Shown: one piece after another, positions 1 to 12,800 of the stretch | Numbering within the stretch: the first letter of the stretch is position 1 | Layout of the letters: every line of letters starts with the position of its first letter | Assembly (NCBI RefSeq): GCF_030684315.1 | Contig: NC_081397.1 | Coordinates: 13,230,421 to 13,294,420, forward strand | Length of the DNA: 64,000 bases | Direction: 5' to 3' | From: Stegostoma tigrinum | Lineage: Eukaryota | Position numbers and translations under genes: made by a program | Notes under the pieces: generated by a model | What the model was told of the DNA's origin: nothing | What the model saw: only the letters and a program-made list of their open reading frames with translations | Database searches by the model: none

Positions 1-257
1 CAGTTTGCTGTGTGAATATGAGCGTGGTTATTAATGTGTGCATGCCAGTTCTGACTGTGGGAATATTTTCATCAATCTTTACCTGTCAGTTTATGCAAAC
101 TCAACATGTGAGTTTCATTATCAATCTTTTTTGGTCTGTTTCAGTAAATATGAATCTGAAGGGTTAGGTATCAATCCATACTTGTTGCTTTCTACTTCTA
201 AAAGTGGCTTAATGGTCAGCAATCAATTATTTTATGGGTTGACGTGTGATTCATAAC

Positions 258-466
258 GTTCTGGATGTGAGTTTGCTCGCTGAGCTGGAAGGTTAGTTTT
301 CACACGTTTCGTCACCAGTCTAGGTAACATCATCAGTGAGCCTCCGACGAAGCGCTGGTGTTATGTCCCACTTTCTGTTTATCTGTTTAGGTTTCCTTCC
401 AGCTCAGCGAGCAAACTCACATCCAGAACCTCAAACTGACCTATAAATCTTCTCAAAACTCGCTAC
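258..466 (-). mobile_element. Short Penelope-like element remnant (inverted pLTR) with hammerhead-type core
   Basis: 35-bp inverted repeat 258-292/395-429. 9-bp TSD ATTCATAAC at 249-257 and 467-475. Minus strand reads CTGATGA-TGTTACC-TAGACT-GGTGAC-GAAAC-GTG at ~300-336. The paralogous site near 33740 is empty. Confidence 0.7.
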
Positions 467-742
467 ATTCATAACATGATAGATGTTATTAGAGTAATGT
501 TATGTGGATTTCCTTCAATTTCTGAGAGTATACTTTGTACAAAAATGGTGTAAATGTCAATGGGCTGTGAATAATGAAACTTGTCGGAACTGGGCATTTT
601 GAATGGAGAGAAAAGAAAAATAAAATTGCATTTTACTGTTGGTTTGAATATATCTGTTGGAAATTAAGCTCAGTGTGTGACTGACTCAATCTGCTCTGTG
701 ACTGTGGAAAGGATGTTCTCTGCTCTGACAGTGGGAACATAC

Positions 743-823
743 CTGCTGTTTATTAGGATGAGCTGGTCACACTGGCTTTGATCTGAAGCAATGTTACATT
801 GTCCTGGTCCTTCCAGTGTTTGT
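743..823 (-). other. Candidate 81-nt cassette exon of the repeated spliced unit A
   Basis: Minus strand: ttttctgtcttcctacAG|ACAAACACTGG...AACAGCAG|GTatgt. Homologous to six other copies in the window. Confidence 0.5.
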
Positions 824-1199
824 CTGTAGGAAGACAGAAAAGATAGCTCCTGTAAACCAACATCAGTTGGATTTGACAATACTTAACCGATCAATACAAC
901 ATTTTGCTAATAGTCATTTGGATATTTTACTTAACACCAGGGATTCGAGCAGAACTATGGGTCTGATTCCAGACTTGTCCTGAGATACTTCTTGTCTGAT
1001 CATTTTTAAAGACTTCAAGACCATTTGAGTGAGGTCCAAAAAGTACAAACCTGTCTGTGGATACGCGTTTAGTTATTGATCTATTCATGTCAATTTACTA
1101 CTTGATGAATGTGAGAGTGTCATTGTCAAATTTGGTAAATTATTTGTGTATTACACAGCAGAGACTGACAAGGACAGAATGATGCTGATCTACAGACCA

Positions 1200-2400
1200 A
1201 CTCAAACGATCCAGCACAGAAGGCATCCATTTGGGTCATCATGTCCATGCTGATCCAAACAACACCAGATAGCCATCTTCATCCCATTTTCCTGCACACA
1301 TCCCATAGCCCTGCAGCTTACAGAACTTACGGGGGAGGTTCAGGTATGCTCTTAAAAGAGTTTAGAGTCTCTGCCTCCACCACCAACTCAGGCATGGTAT
1401 TGGAGATACACACCTTCTTGTAAAAATGATTTTCCTCCCATCACCTCTAATCCTTCTGTCACTTCACTTTAATCTATGACCAATGTTTTTTTTAAAATTC
1501 CCTACCAAGGGAAACATGTTCCTCCTATTTACTGTCTCTCGCTCCCCTTCCCAATTTCATACGCCTCAATCATGGCACTGCTCAGTTAATGCTGTTCCAA
1601 GGAATACAACTCCAACCTCTCCAATCACACCTCGTAGCTGCAGCTCTCCAACCCTGGCAACGTTCTTGTAAAACTTCTCCACACTCTCTCCCCAGCAATA
1701 ACATCCTTCCTGTAATATGATGTCCAGAACAGCACACAATACCCCAGTTCCAGCTTCACCAGGGTCTTCTGCAGTTTCATCATTATCGCCCTACTTTTGT
1801 GTTCCAAACCTCTGCCAAAGTAGGACAGCATTATATACACCTTTTTAACAACCTTATCTATCTGTACTGCTACCTTCATATTCCAGTGCACTTGCACACC
1901 AAGATGACTTGCTTCATCCGCCACACCACTGCCCCGCCACCTCTTGTCTTCCTATTTATTGTTTCACCTCCAGAAATGCATTACCTCACACTTATCAACG
2001 TTGAACTCCATGTGCCACTTACCTGCCCACGCCACAAAACCACTGATATCATTTCAGAGTTGATCGCTATCCTCTACACTACCCAAAACATGGTTATTTT
2101 TTGTGTTGTCTGCAAATTTCCAAATTGTGTCCCTCATGCTCAAGTCCAATTGTTAATGAATAAAACAAACAGAGATTCCAATAGCAAGCTGTGTGGAACA
2201 CCACTTGAAACAGCTTTCCATTCATAAGGGCAGTCATTGACCATTACCATTTGATTCCTGTTGCTAAGCCAACTTTGGTTCCAATTTAAACACATTGCTC
2301 TGTATCCCATGTGCTTTTCTATTTTTGATTAGTCTGCCATGTGGTACTAAGTCAAATGACTCACTAAAATCCATGTAGTCAACACCCATTACACTGCCCT
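1200..2400 (-). mobile_element. Old CR1-type LINE 3' fragment
   Basis: ORF 1625-1924 reads ...LQKTLVKLELGYCVLFWTSYYRKD...RSFTRTLPGL, a degraded match to the C-terminus of the intact CR1 ORF2 (LYKTLVRPHLEYCVQFW). Boundaries approximate. Confidence 0.75.
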
Positions 2401-2459
2401 CACACATTCACGTGGCATTTACTGACAGGGGCAGATTGTGAAATACAACTGCGTCTTCA

Positions 2460-3000
2460 CAAAGCAATCAGTGTCTGTTCCTGCTGTATAGATTTGTAAG
2501 CTTTGTTATTAACCTGTTTATGTTAATGTATGAACACACAACATGAATATTGGAGTGCTGTTATTAACCTGTACCTGTCTTTTTCTGCTGTGAGAGTCTA
2601 AGAATTTGGTTATTCATCCTTAACTATCAGTTTCTGCGATGTGAATATCCAATGATTGCTGTTAATGTGTAACTGTCAGTTTCCTCTACATGAATATGTG
2701 AATGTAGTTATCCATTTCGACCTGTCCTTCTTGACTATATGGATATACAAACATGATCAAACTGTTCCTATCAATATCCACAGTGTGAATGTTTAAGTGC
2801 ATTTATAAACCTTTTCCAGTCAGTTTCTATGTTGTGAGAATGGAAATATAATTATTAATCTCAGTGTTAGATTCTGTTCTGTGAATATGAGTATAGTTAT
2901 CAAACTGTACCTGTCAGTTTATGTCATATGAAACTGGGCGTGTTATACAAATCTCTTTGTATCAGCTTTGGCTTTATGAACATGAGAGTGTAGTTAAACA
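2460..3000. repeat. Degenerate ~49-bp tandem repeat array
   Basis: Recurring GTTATCAATCTGTACCTGTCAGTTTCTGCTGTGTGAATATGAGAGTGTA-like units. Confidence 0.75.
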
Positions 3001-3079
3001 GTCATAGAGTGATACAGATGGAAAACAGACCCTTTTGTTCCAACAGTCCATGCTGACCACAGGTATCAATTTCATTCTT

Positions 3080-4300
3080 TTCCTTTTAACATCTACTCCT
3101 TGCATGTGAATGAGATTTCTAATGTGCTGCCAATCTAAATTAAAGGCAGGTACTGGTCTGAGTCACACTGTCCTTTTGTATATGTCTACTTGTCTTTCCA
3201 GCTCTGCATGTATGATCTGATAGCCTTTAGGAGGTGGGATTAATGTATGACAAATTTTCTTATGTTAAGTAAGTGTGGACATGCTTCTGCAATAGTCAGT
3301 CTCTCAACAAGATTGAGAGTGTGGTTAAAGTTGGTTTTCATCAACATCAGGCTAGCAGTCAGCATGGGATCCATTCAGTCTCTGGTATTGTGTGCAAAGT
3401 GCTCCTCATTCATTGTCATTGTCTTTCACAGTACGGGTTTCATGTTATGTTCAACATGTACATTGCAAGAACTGCTGGAGTTTTATTTTTTTGCTCTGGA
3501 TTGGTCAGTTTCTCATCTGAATGTGTATTTCAAATCTATCCCTTCTGTAACAAGATCATTATGAGTGTTTCTTCAATCTATTTCCAATAATCTCTGGTTT
3601 TCTGTCTTGATCTGGGTCTGCTCATGTCACTGTTTGATCTCCTTTTTGGTCCATTTAACAACAACATTTTTATTCAGTTTGTTTGTATGAGATTGTGCTG
3701 CTTTTTAATTTGTACTTTCTCCAACAGAAATTGATACATGAGTTACACGTCCAAGTCTAAGACATGATGAGATATTTGGAGGCACATTTCATCTGGATTT
3801 CAATTTACCTCTTGGGCTGTTTCAGTAGAGTCCATCGTGGATCATGCAATAGCTTCAATATTTTCTAACGTAGAGAACAAGACTAATTTGCTTTCGACCA
3901 AGCTGATACCACATACTTTATCTAAAAGGAATGCACTCACGTACTGGGATTGAAGTTCTTCACTCTCACCCTGTCCTGTTAACAGTTCATGAAAAGCGAG
4001 CTCTCCCCACCAATGTGATCTTCGACAGTGAATATATTTTGGTGTTTTTGTATGGACATCTACTGACGTGGCAGCATCTCTGTGCTTTGTCAATTATTGT
4101 GTGCACATTGTGTATTGGCACCATCTCACTGCATTCGTTGTTGTGTCAGAAAATCAGTTTCCTCAAGTCCTTAATTGCATGAATAAGGAGAATACCTGGT
4201 GCATCCTATTTGGTCTTCTCTGTTACTTGTTTCTTCCATTCACAGGTACAATTAATGTATTTACGAATTACTTCTCTACCTGTCAGAATGTGCTATTCAA
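3080..4300 (-). mobile_element. Highly decayed LINE-like RT remnant
   Basis: ORF 3842-4093 contains SAFLLDKVCGISLVESKL, reminiscent of the LINE RT motif D.SKAFDKV.H..L..KL. The segment is absent from the paralogous unit near 34670-34700. Confidence 0.35.
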
Positions 4301-6249
4301 TGGGACTGCAGGCTTCACTCCGTTGCCCTTAAAAATTAGACAGACAGTCAACACAGACCAGCGTGATTATTTTGTGAAGAACTTGGAAACTAAAAATTAA
4401 CACACAGGACTGGGGCTGCTCTCTGATGCGCAAATTCTCAGAATTCATATGAGTTTTTTGAAAAGAGCTGTTGTGATGAAACAAGATAGACAGCCACAAT
4501 CGATGGACCCTGTTTCAATCTTCCTGCATTGTGTTACTGAGCAGTTTAAATGTTTCCTGGAAATTGGAAAACCATTTATCACAGTTGGAGAGGAGAGAGT
4601 TTTCAAGTCATCTCTCCTGTAGTGAATGGGAAAGAGCTGAAATTCTTCAGTTGTTTGTGCCTGTAGCATTCACAGGCAGATGAACACACAGGACATTGCA
4701 ATAGTAATGAGTCTGTGCTTTTCTTCAGAGTTGAGTAGGGAAACATAAGAGACCTTTGCAACTGCTATATTGCAGAGTCTAAACAGCAGTGGTGATATCA
4801 AGGGACATCTTCAAGATGATAGGAGTATTGTTTCATATTGCATAGTGACATTCATTTTGGAATACTGAAGTAAATGCATTAATTTAATGTGTAATTGCTA
4901 AAGGGAAAGTGCCATGAACAAATCAACTGCACTGCAGCTGACTGATCACAATATTCCTTGTGCAGGAAAGAAAATTGGCTTATTTACTTCAATTTTATTT
5001 TGTGGCTCGGACATTACCCTCTCTGTGTGGGGAGGAAGAAGACAGAAGTTTTGTCTTCTGTCATGCTTTGGAGTAAACTGGAACAGTCAAACTAAATTTA
5101 CTGAAGAATAAACATTGTTGAACTCTCCTGGCAAACAAAAAAAAACGTTTACTGTCTACCTGATTTGGCCAAATCCTTCTTTCTCCATTGTTTTGAAAAA
5201 AATGACTTTTTATTATGTTCCACATTTGAGAAAATGGCATCTAATTTTCTAGTGTGTGTGATGTAATACTTCAAAGGGAGTGTCATGTGGAACACAGGGC
5301 TATTTGAATAAAATTTAAGCTAATTGGGAAAAAAACGGTTCACAATTATAAAGTCCTCTTGCTGAGGACAGAACAAAAGAAAAATCTATTCCCGCTCAGT
5401 GAAAAAATTGACAACTATTCGGTGATCAAGGTAGGGATGGTAGTTCCTCTGCCACCATGATATATTGATGGAAATTGAATGCTGGCTGAATGGACGTAGA
5501 ATTGTTGCCTGGTTGTTTCTAACCAGTACAGGCTCAGTGAGAAACAGAACTGTTTGCTGTGCCGCAGATGTCTATGACTACATATGTGAGAGTGATAATT
5601 ATTCACATTTTCTGTTAGCTGGAGTTTAAATGGAACTCCATAGCTGTTAGTCCTTGCATCATATCTGTCGTTATGGTGTTTGCATTTTGAACTAATTCTG
5701 AATCAGTCAGTACCTATGGCTGTCAGTCCATCCACATGGAGACAAAGCAAAGTTAATATCACACGTCCTGTGACATTTCTTCAGAACAGAGGTTGAACTT
5801 CTGAACACTCGTTTCTCTTCACAGGTGCTGACAGGCCTGCTGAGTTTTTGCAGCAATTTCTACTTCTGTCTCTGATTTCTATCATCTGCAGTTCCTTGAT
5901 TTTCCATTTGCCAGACTTTGACACTGAAAATTCACATCATTTATTTGTCGTGTTTATGTATGGGATTAATACTTATCAAAGGAGCAATTCTGTCCCGATC
6001 AGTTATTGGTCAACTAAACTTAAATATCATTCGTCATTTATTTTGGTGACTCATGACTGTTAGTGACTGCAGTATTTTCTACATCTGCATTAAACATCTA
6101 CCTCTACTAAGATTGTTGATACAGTGTAACAGAGTGATCATCTGGATTGTAACTTGAAAAATATGCTTAATAACCGTAGATTTAATTCAGTTCCTGACTG
6201 ATTTCAGTTGCTGTAACTGACAGAGACTGATTGATAATGACATTTATAT

Positions 6250-6720
6250 GTTCATAAAAGCCATCCATCCCTGTCTGTTTCTGCAATGTCAATATGTGAG
6301 TTTAGTCATCAATCTGTTCATGTTAGTTTCTGCCATGTGAATGTTTGAGTGCAGTTATCAGTTTGTTGGTTTTGACAATGTGAATGTGTGAATGTAATGA
6401 GCAATCTGTATCTGTCACTTTCTGCTGTGTGAATATTTAAACATAGGCATCAGTTTGCACCTGTCAGTTTCTTCCATGTGAAAGTAGTTATCAATCTTTG
6501 CCTGTCAGTTCAGCTTTTGTCAATATGAGAGAGTAGTTATCAAGTTTTACCTGTCAGTTTCTGCAAAGGGAATGTGAGAGCACATTTGTCAATCCATGTA
6601 GGTCAGTTGCTGCTTTTCAATGTGTGTAATTATCAATTTTTACCCATCCAATTCTGATTTGTAAAAAAAAAACTAAGATAGTTATCAAACTGTACCTGTC
6701 AGTTTTTGGTAGATGGAACT
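6250..6720. repeat. Degenerate ~49-bp tandem repeat array
   Basis: Example unit gttatcaatctttgcctgtcagttcagcttttgtcaatatgagagagta (49 nt), repeated with variation. Interrupted by the PLE at 6739. Confidence 0.8.
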
Positions 6721-6801
6721 GGTATCATCATGGTTCCAAGATAATAAAATGTGAGGCTGGATGAACACAGCAGGCCAAGCAGCATCTCAGGAGCACAAAA
6801 G

Positions 6802-6831
6802 CTGACGTTTCGGGCCTAGACCCTTCATCAG
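6802..6831 (-). ncRNA. Minimal hammerhead ribozyme core in PLE terminal repeat
   Basis: CTGATGA-A-GGGTCTAGGCCC-GAAAC-GTC-AG: catalytic boxes CUGAUGA and GAAA, a GC stem II and a GUC cleavage triplet. Confidence 0.7.
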
Positions 6832-8504
6832 AGAAGGGGATGGGGAGAGGGAACTGGAATAAATAGGGAGAGAGGGGGAGGCGGACCGAAGATGGAGAGT
6901 AAAGAAGATAGGTGGAGAGAGTGTAGGTGGGGAGGTAGGGAGGGGATAGGTCAGTCCAGGGAAGACGGACAGGTCAAGGAGGTGGGATGAGGTTAGTAGG
7001 TAGCTGGGGGTGCGGCTTGGGGCGGGAGGAAGGGATGGGTGAGAGGAAGAGCCGGTTAGGGAGGCAGAGACAGGTTGGACTGGTTTTGGGATGCAGTGGG
7101 TGGGGGGGAAGAGCTGGGCTGGTTGTGTGGTGCAGTGGGGAGAGGCGACGAACTAGGCTGGTTTAGGGATGCAGTAGGGGAAGGGGAGATTTTGAAACTG
7201 GTGAAGTCCACATTGATACCATATGGCTGCAGGGTTCCCAGGCAGAATATGAGTTGCTGTTCCTGCAACCTTCGGGTGGCATCATTGTGGCAATGCAGGA
7301 GGCCCATGATGGACATGTCATCTAGAGAATGGGAGGGGGAGTGGAAATGGTTTGCAACTGGGAGGTGCAGTTGTTTGTTGCGAACTGAGCGGAGGTGTTC
7401 TGCAAAGCGGTCCCCAAGTCTCTACTTGGTTTCCCCAATGTAGAGGAAGCCGCACCGGGTACAGTGGATGCAATATACCACATTGGCAGATGTGCAGGTG
7501 AACCTCTGCTTAATGTGCAATGTCATCTTGGGGTCTGGGATAGGGGTGAGGGAGGAGGTGTGGGGACAAGTGTAGCATTTCCTGCGGTTGCAGCGGAAGG
7601 TGCCGGGTGTGGTGGGTTTGGAGGGCAGTGTGGACCGAACAAGGGAGTCACGGAGAGAGTGGTCTCTCCGGAAAGCAGACAGGGGAGGGGATGGAAAAAT
7701 GTCTTGGGTGGTCGGGTCGGATTGTAAATGGCGGAAGTGTCGGAGGATGATGCGTTGTATCCGGAGGTTGGTGGGGTGGTGTGTGAGAACGAGGGGGATC
7801 CTCTTGGGGCGGTTGTGGCGGGGGCGGGGTGTGAGGGATGTGTTGCGGGAAATACGGGAGACGCGGTCAAGGGCATTCTCGATCACTGTGGGGGGAAAGT
7901 TGCGGTCCTTAAAGAACTTGGACATCTGGGATGTGCGGGAGTGGAATGTCTGATCATGGGAGCAGATGCGGTGGAGGCGGAGGAATTGGGAGTAGGGGAT
8001 GGAATTTTTGCAGGAGGGTGGGTGGGAGGAGGTGTATTGGGCCTCCTGCACTGCCACAATGATGCCACCCAAAGCTTGCAGGAACAGCAACTCATATTCC
8101 GCCTGGGGACCCTGCAGCCATATGGTATCAATGTGGACTTCACCAGTTTCAAAATCTCCCCTTCCCCTACTGCATCCCTAAACCAGCCTAGTTCGTCCCC
8201 TCTCCCCACTGCACCACACAACCAGCCCAGCTCTTCCCCCCCACCCACTGCATCCCAAAACCAGTCCAACCTGTCTCTGCCTCCCTAACCGGCTCTTCCT
8301 CTCACCCATCCCTTCCTCCCACCCCAAGCCGCACCCCCAGCAACCTCATCCCACCTCCTTGACCTGTCCATCTTCCCTGGACTGACCTATCCCCTCCCTA
8401 CCTCCTCACCTATACTCTCTCCACCTATCTTCTTTACTCTCCATCTTCGGTCCGCCTCCCCCTCTCTCCCTATTTATTCCAGTTCCCTCTCCCCATCCCC
8501 CTCT

Positions 8505-8534
8505 CTGATGAAGGGTCTAGGCCCGAAACGTCAG
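8505..8534 (+). ncRNA. Minimal hammerhead ribozyme core in PLE terminal repeat
   Basis: ctgatgaagggtctaggcccgaaacgtcag, with intact CUGAUGA, GAAA and GUC. Confidence 0.7.
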
Positions 8535-8646
8535 CTTTTGTGCTCCTGAGATGCTGCTTGGCCTGCTGTGTTCATCCAGCCTCACATTTTATTATCTTGG
8601 AATTCTCCAGCATCTGCAGTTCCCATTATGTCTCATCATGGTTCCA

Positions 8647-9770
8647 GTCAGTTTCTGCTATGTGCTGGCTTGAGCATATTTACTAATCTGTCACTTTCAG
8701 TTTCTCCTGTATATCTGACAGTGGAGTTACTGATCTCTACCCGTTTCTGCTTTATGAATGCGTGAAAGCATTTATCATTCTCTCCCCATCAGTTTAAGCT
8801 ATGTGAACGAATGCATTTATCATTCTGTCCCTGTCAGTGTCTGTAATGAGAATATTCAAACGTGTTTGTGCAATTATTATTCTATCCCTGATAGTTTCTG
8901 CTCTGTGAATATGTGCTTCAGTTATCAAAAAATACCTGTCAGTTTCTACTTAGGGAATGTGTGAACACTGTTTTTCATTTGTACCTGTCAGCTTTGGTTT
9001 TGTGAATAATTGTCTGCAGTAATTAATCTGTACCTGCCAGAGCTTTCACGTGAAGATGTGAATATGATCATTAATCTGTCCCTCTCAGTTTCTGCTCAGT
9101 AATATGTGTGTTTAGTCATCAATCTGCAGCCATCACTTCCTGCCTCGTGAATGCGGGACTGTATTATGAATATGTCTAAGGTTCCTGAGTATATTTGTAG
9201 GTTAGGTCGTGGATACTGTGGTTGGTTCGCTTGCCGAGCTGGTTCATTCATTTGCAGATGTTTCATGACCCCGATGGGTAATATCATCGGAAGCTGCAAT
9301 GAAATGTTTGCAAGGTAATGAACCAGCTCAGCAAGCAGTCCAATTACGTGTTACGAAAATATGCCTGTCAAATTCATCTATGAATATCCAAGTGTCGCTA
9401 TCAGTCTCTCAATGTTTATGCTTTTTCCTTCTATAACGTGTGCATGCATTTCTCAATTTTTCCCAGTTTTTTGTGGTCTGAATGTGTCCAATTATAATTC
9501 TGTCCTGATCATTTTCTGATATGCGAATATGAGAGTGTACTTATCACTATGTGCGTGTCAGTTTCTTCCCTATGGCTGTGAGAGTGTATTTACCCACTTG
9601 TCCCAGTCAGATCCTGCTCTGTAAATCTGAGTGACTAGTTATTAACCTCTTCCTGTCGCTATCTGATTAGTGAATGTGTGAATGCACTTGTCATTCTCTC
9701 CCTGTCAAGTTTCTGCTGTGTGAATGTGCAAGTGAAGTTCTCAACCTGTGACTGTCAGTTTCAATCAAAT
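8647..9770. repeat. Degenerate ~49-bp tandem repeat array, interrupted by a small PLE-like remnant at ~9200-9345
   Basis: About 20 degenerate ttatcaatctgtacctgtcagtttctgc... units. Confidence 0.8.
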
Positions 9771-9875
9771 ATTCTACTTTTAGAAGTTAGAACATAGAAC
9801 ATAGAACAGTACAGCACCAAACAGGCCCTTCAGCCCACAATGTTGTGCCGACCATTGATCCTCATGGATGCACCC

Positions 9876-12800
9876 TCAAATTTCTGTGACCATATGCATG
9901 TCCAGCAGTCTCTTAAATGACCCCAATGACCTTGCTTCCACAACTGCTGCTGGCAACGCATTCCATGCTCTCACAACTCTCTGCGTAAAGAACCTGCCTC
10001 TGACATCCCCTCTATACTTTCCACCAACCAGCTTAAAACTATGACCCCTCGTGCTAGCCATTTCTGCCCTGGGAAATAGTCTCTGGCTATCGACTCTATC
10101 TATGCCTCTCATTATCTTGTATACCTCAATTAGGTCCCCTCTCCTCCTCCTTTTCTCCAATGAAAAGAGACCGAGCTCAGTCAACCTCTCTTCATAAGAT
10201 AAGCCCTCCAGTCCAGGCAGCATCCTGGTAAACCTCCTCTGAACCCTCTCCAAAGCATCCACATCTTTCCTATAATAGGGCGCCCAGAACTGGACGCAGT
10301 ATTCCAAGTGCGGTCTAACCAAAGTTTTATAGAGCTGCAACAAGATCTCACGACTCTTAAACTCAATCCCCCTGTTAATGAAAGCCAAAACACCATATGC
10401 TTTCTTAACAACCCTGTCCACTTGGGTGGCCATTTTAAGGGATCTATGTATCTGCACACCAAGATCCCTCTGTTCCTCCACGCTGCCAAGAATCCTATCC
10501 TTAATCCTGTACTCAGCTTTCAAATTCGACCTTCCAAAATGCATCACCTCGCATTTATCCAGGTTGAACTCCATCTGCCACCTCTCAGCCCATCTCTGCA
10601 TCCTGTCAATGTCCCGCTGCAGCCTACAACAGCCCTCTACACTGTCAACGACACCTCCGACCTTTGTGTCGTCTGCAAACTTGCTGACCCATCCTTCAAT
10701 TCCCTCGTCCAAGTCATTAATAAAAATTACAAACAGTAGAGGCCCAAGGACAGAGCCCTGTGGAACCCCACTCACCACTGACTTCCAGGCAGAATATTTT
10801 CCTTCTACTACCACTCGCTGTCTTCTGTTGGCCAGCCAATTCTGTATCCAAGCAGCTAAGTTCCCCTGTATCCCATTCCTCCTGACCTTCTGAATGAGCC
10901 TTCCATGGGGAACCTTATCAAATGCCTTACTGAAGTCCATATACACCACATCCACAGCTTGACCCTCATCAACCTTACTAGTCACATCCTCAAAAAACTC
11001 GATAAGGTTTGTAAGGCATGACCTACCCCTCACAAAGCCGTGTTGACTGTATTTGATCAAGCCATGCTCTTCCAGATGGTCATAAATCTTATCCCTCAGA
11101 ATCCTTTCTAACACCTTGCAGACGACAGACGTGAGACTTACCGGTCTATAATTGCCGGGGATTTCCCTATTTCCTTTCTTGAAGAGAGGAATTACATTTG
11201 CCTCTTTCCAGTCCTCAGGTACGACTCCAGTGGAGAGCGAGGATGCAAAGATCTTCGCAAGTGGCGAAGCAATTGCATTTCTCGCTTCCCAAAGCAGCCG
11301 AGGACAAATCTGATCCGGGCCTGGCGACTTGTCAATCTTAATGTTTGACAAAATTTTCAGTACATCAGCTTCCTCTATCTCTATCCATTCCAGCATGCAC
11401 ACCTGCTCTTCAAAGGTTTCATTCACTACACAGGTCGTTTCTTTCGTAAAGACAGAAGCAAAAAACTCATTTAGGGCTTCCCCTACCTCCTCAGGCTCCA
11501 CACACAAGTTCCCTATGCTATCCCTGATCGGCCCTACTCTTTCTTTGACCATTCTCTTATTCCTCACGTAAGTGTAAAATGCCTTTGTGTTTTCCCGGAT
11601 TCCTTCTGCCAAGCCTTTCTCGTGCCCCCTCCTGGCTCTCCTCAGACCATTTTTGAGCTCCTTCCTTGCCTGCATGTAATCCTCTCTAGCTGAACTTGAC
11701 CCTAGCTTCCTCCACCTTATGTAAGCTACCTTCTTACTTTGCACTAGAAGCTCCACCGCTCTCGTCATCCAAGGTTCCTTTATCTTACCCCGTCTTGCCT
11801 GTCTCAGAGGGACATATTTACTCATCACTCCCAACAACTGTTCCTTAAACCATCTCCACATGTCTATAGTTCCCTTACCATGGAACAACTGCTCCCAGTC
11901 CATGCTTCCTAACTCGTGTCTAATCGCATCATAGTTTCCTCTTCCCCAATTAAATATCCTCCCATTCTGCCTAATCCTCTCCTTCTCCATAGCTATGTAG
12001 AATGAGAGAGTGTTATGGTCACTATCACCAAAATGCTCTCCCACCACAAGATCTGATACCTGCCCCGGCTCGTTTCCGAGCACCAAGTCTAGAATGGCCT
12101 CTCCCCTCGTCGGCCTGTCAACGTACTGCGTTAGGAAACCCTCCTGAACACACCTTACAAAAACAGCTCCATTCAAATCTTCTGCTCGAAGGAGGTTCCA
12201 ATCAATATTAGGAAAGTTAAAGTCACCCATTACAACAACCCTACTGCGTCCACACTTTTCCAAAATCTGTCGACCTATGCTTTCTACAATCTCCCTGCTG
12301 CTATTGGGGGGCCTGTAGTAAACCCCTAACGAGGTGACTACTCCCTTGCTGCTCCTAATTTCCACCCATACTGACTCAGTAGGCAGATCTTCCTCGACAA
12401 TGGAAGCTTCTGTAGCTGTGATACCCTCTCTGATTAGTAGTGCTACACCCCCTCCTCTTTTTCCCCCCTCCCTATTCTTTTTAAATGTTCTAAACCCTGG
12501 AATATCCAGCAACCATTCCAGCCCATGAGAAACCCATGTCTCTGTTATGGCCACAACATCATAGCACCAGGTACTGATCCATGCTCTAAGTTCATCACTT
12601 TTATTCCTGATACTCCTTGCATTAAAGCAAACACACTTTAACCGATCCCTTGGTTCCTTCCCAGGAAAATCCTTCCCACTAGCTGGTCTACCTCTTGCTA
12701 CTGCCTCACCTGCATCAACGCTCACCTCTGGTATACAGCTCAGGTTCCCACCCCCCTGCCATACTAGTTTAAACCCTCTCGAACTACTCGAGCAAACCTT

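Larger units (their letters stand above)
6739..8632. mobile_element. Penelope-like retroelement insertion with inverted arms (RT thumb + GIY-YIG fragment)
   Basis: ORF 7422-8090 (-) has IPYSQFLRLHRICS (PLE thumb) and NVVYCIHCTRCGFLYIGETK (GIY-YIG). Arms 6737-7306 and 8038-8600 are inverted copies. 14-bp TSD TCATCATGGTTCCA at 6725-6738 and 8633-8646. Confidence 0.9.

Noticed and set aside
7056-8288. Proline- or glycine-rich ORFs in the PLE arms as host genes
   Set aside because: They are alternate frames of the Penelope-like element, repeated wherever it occurs.
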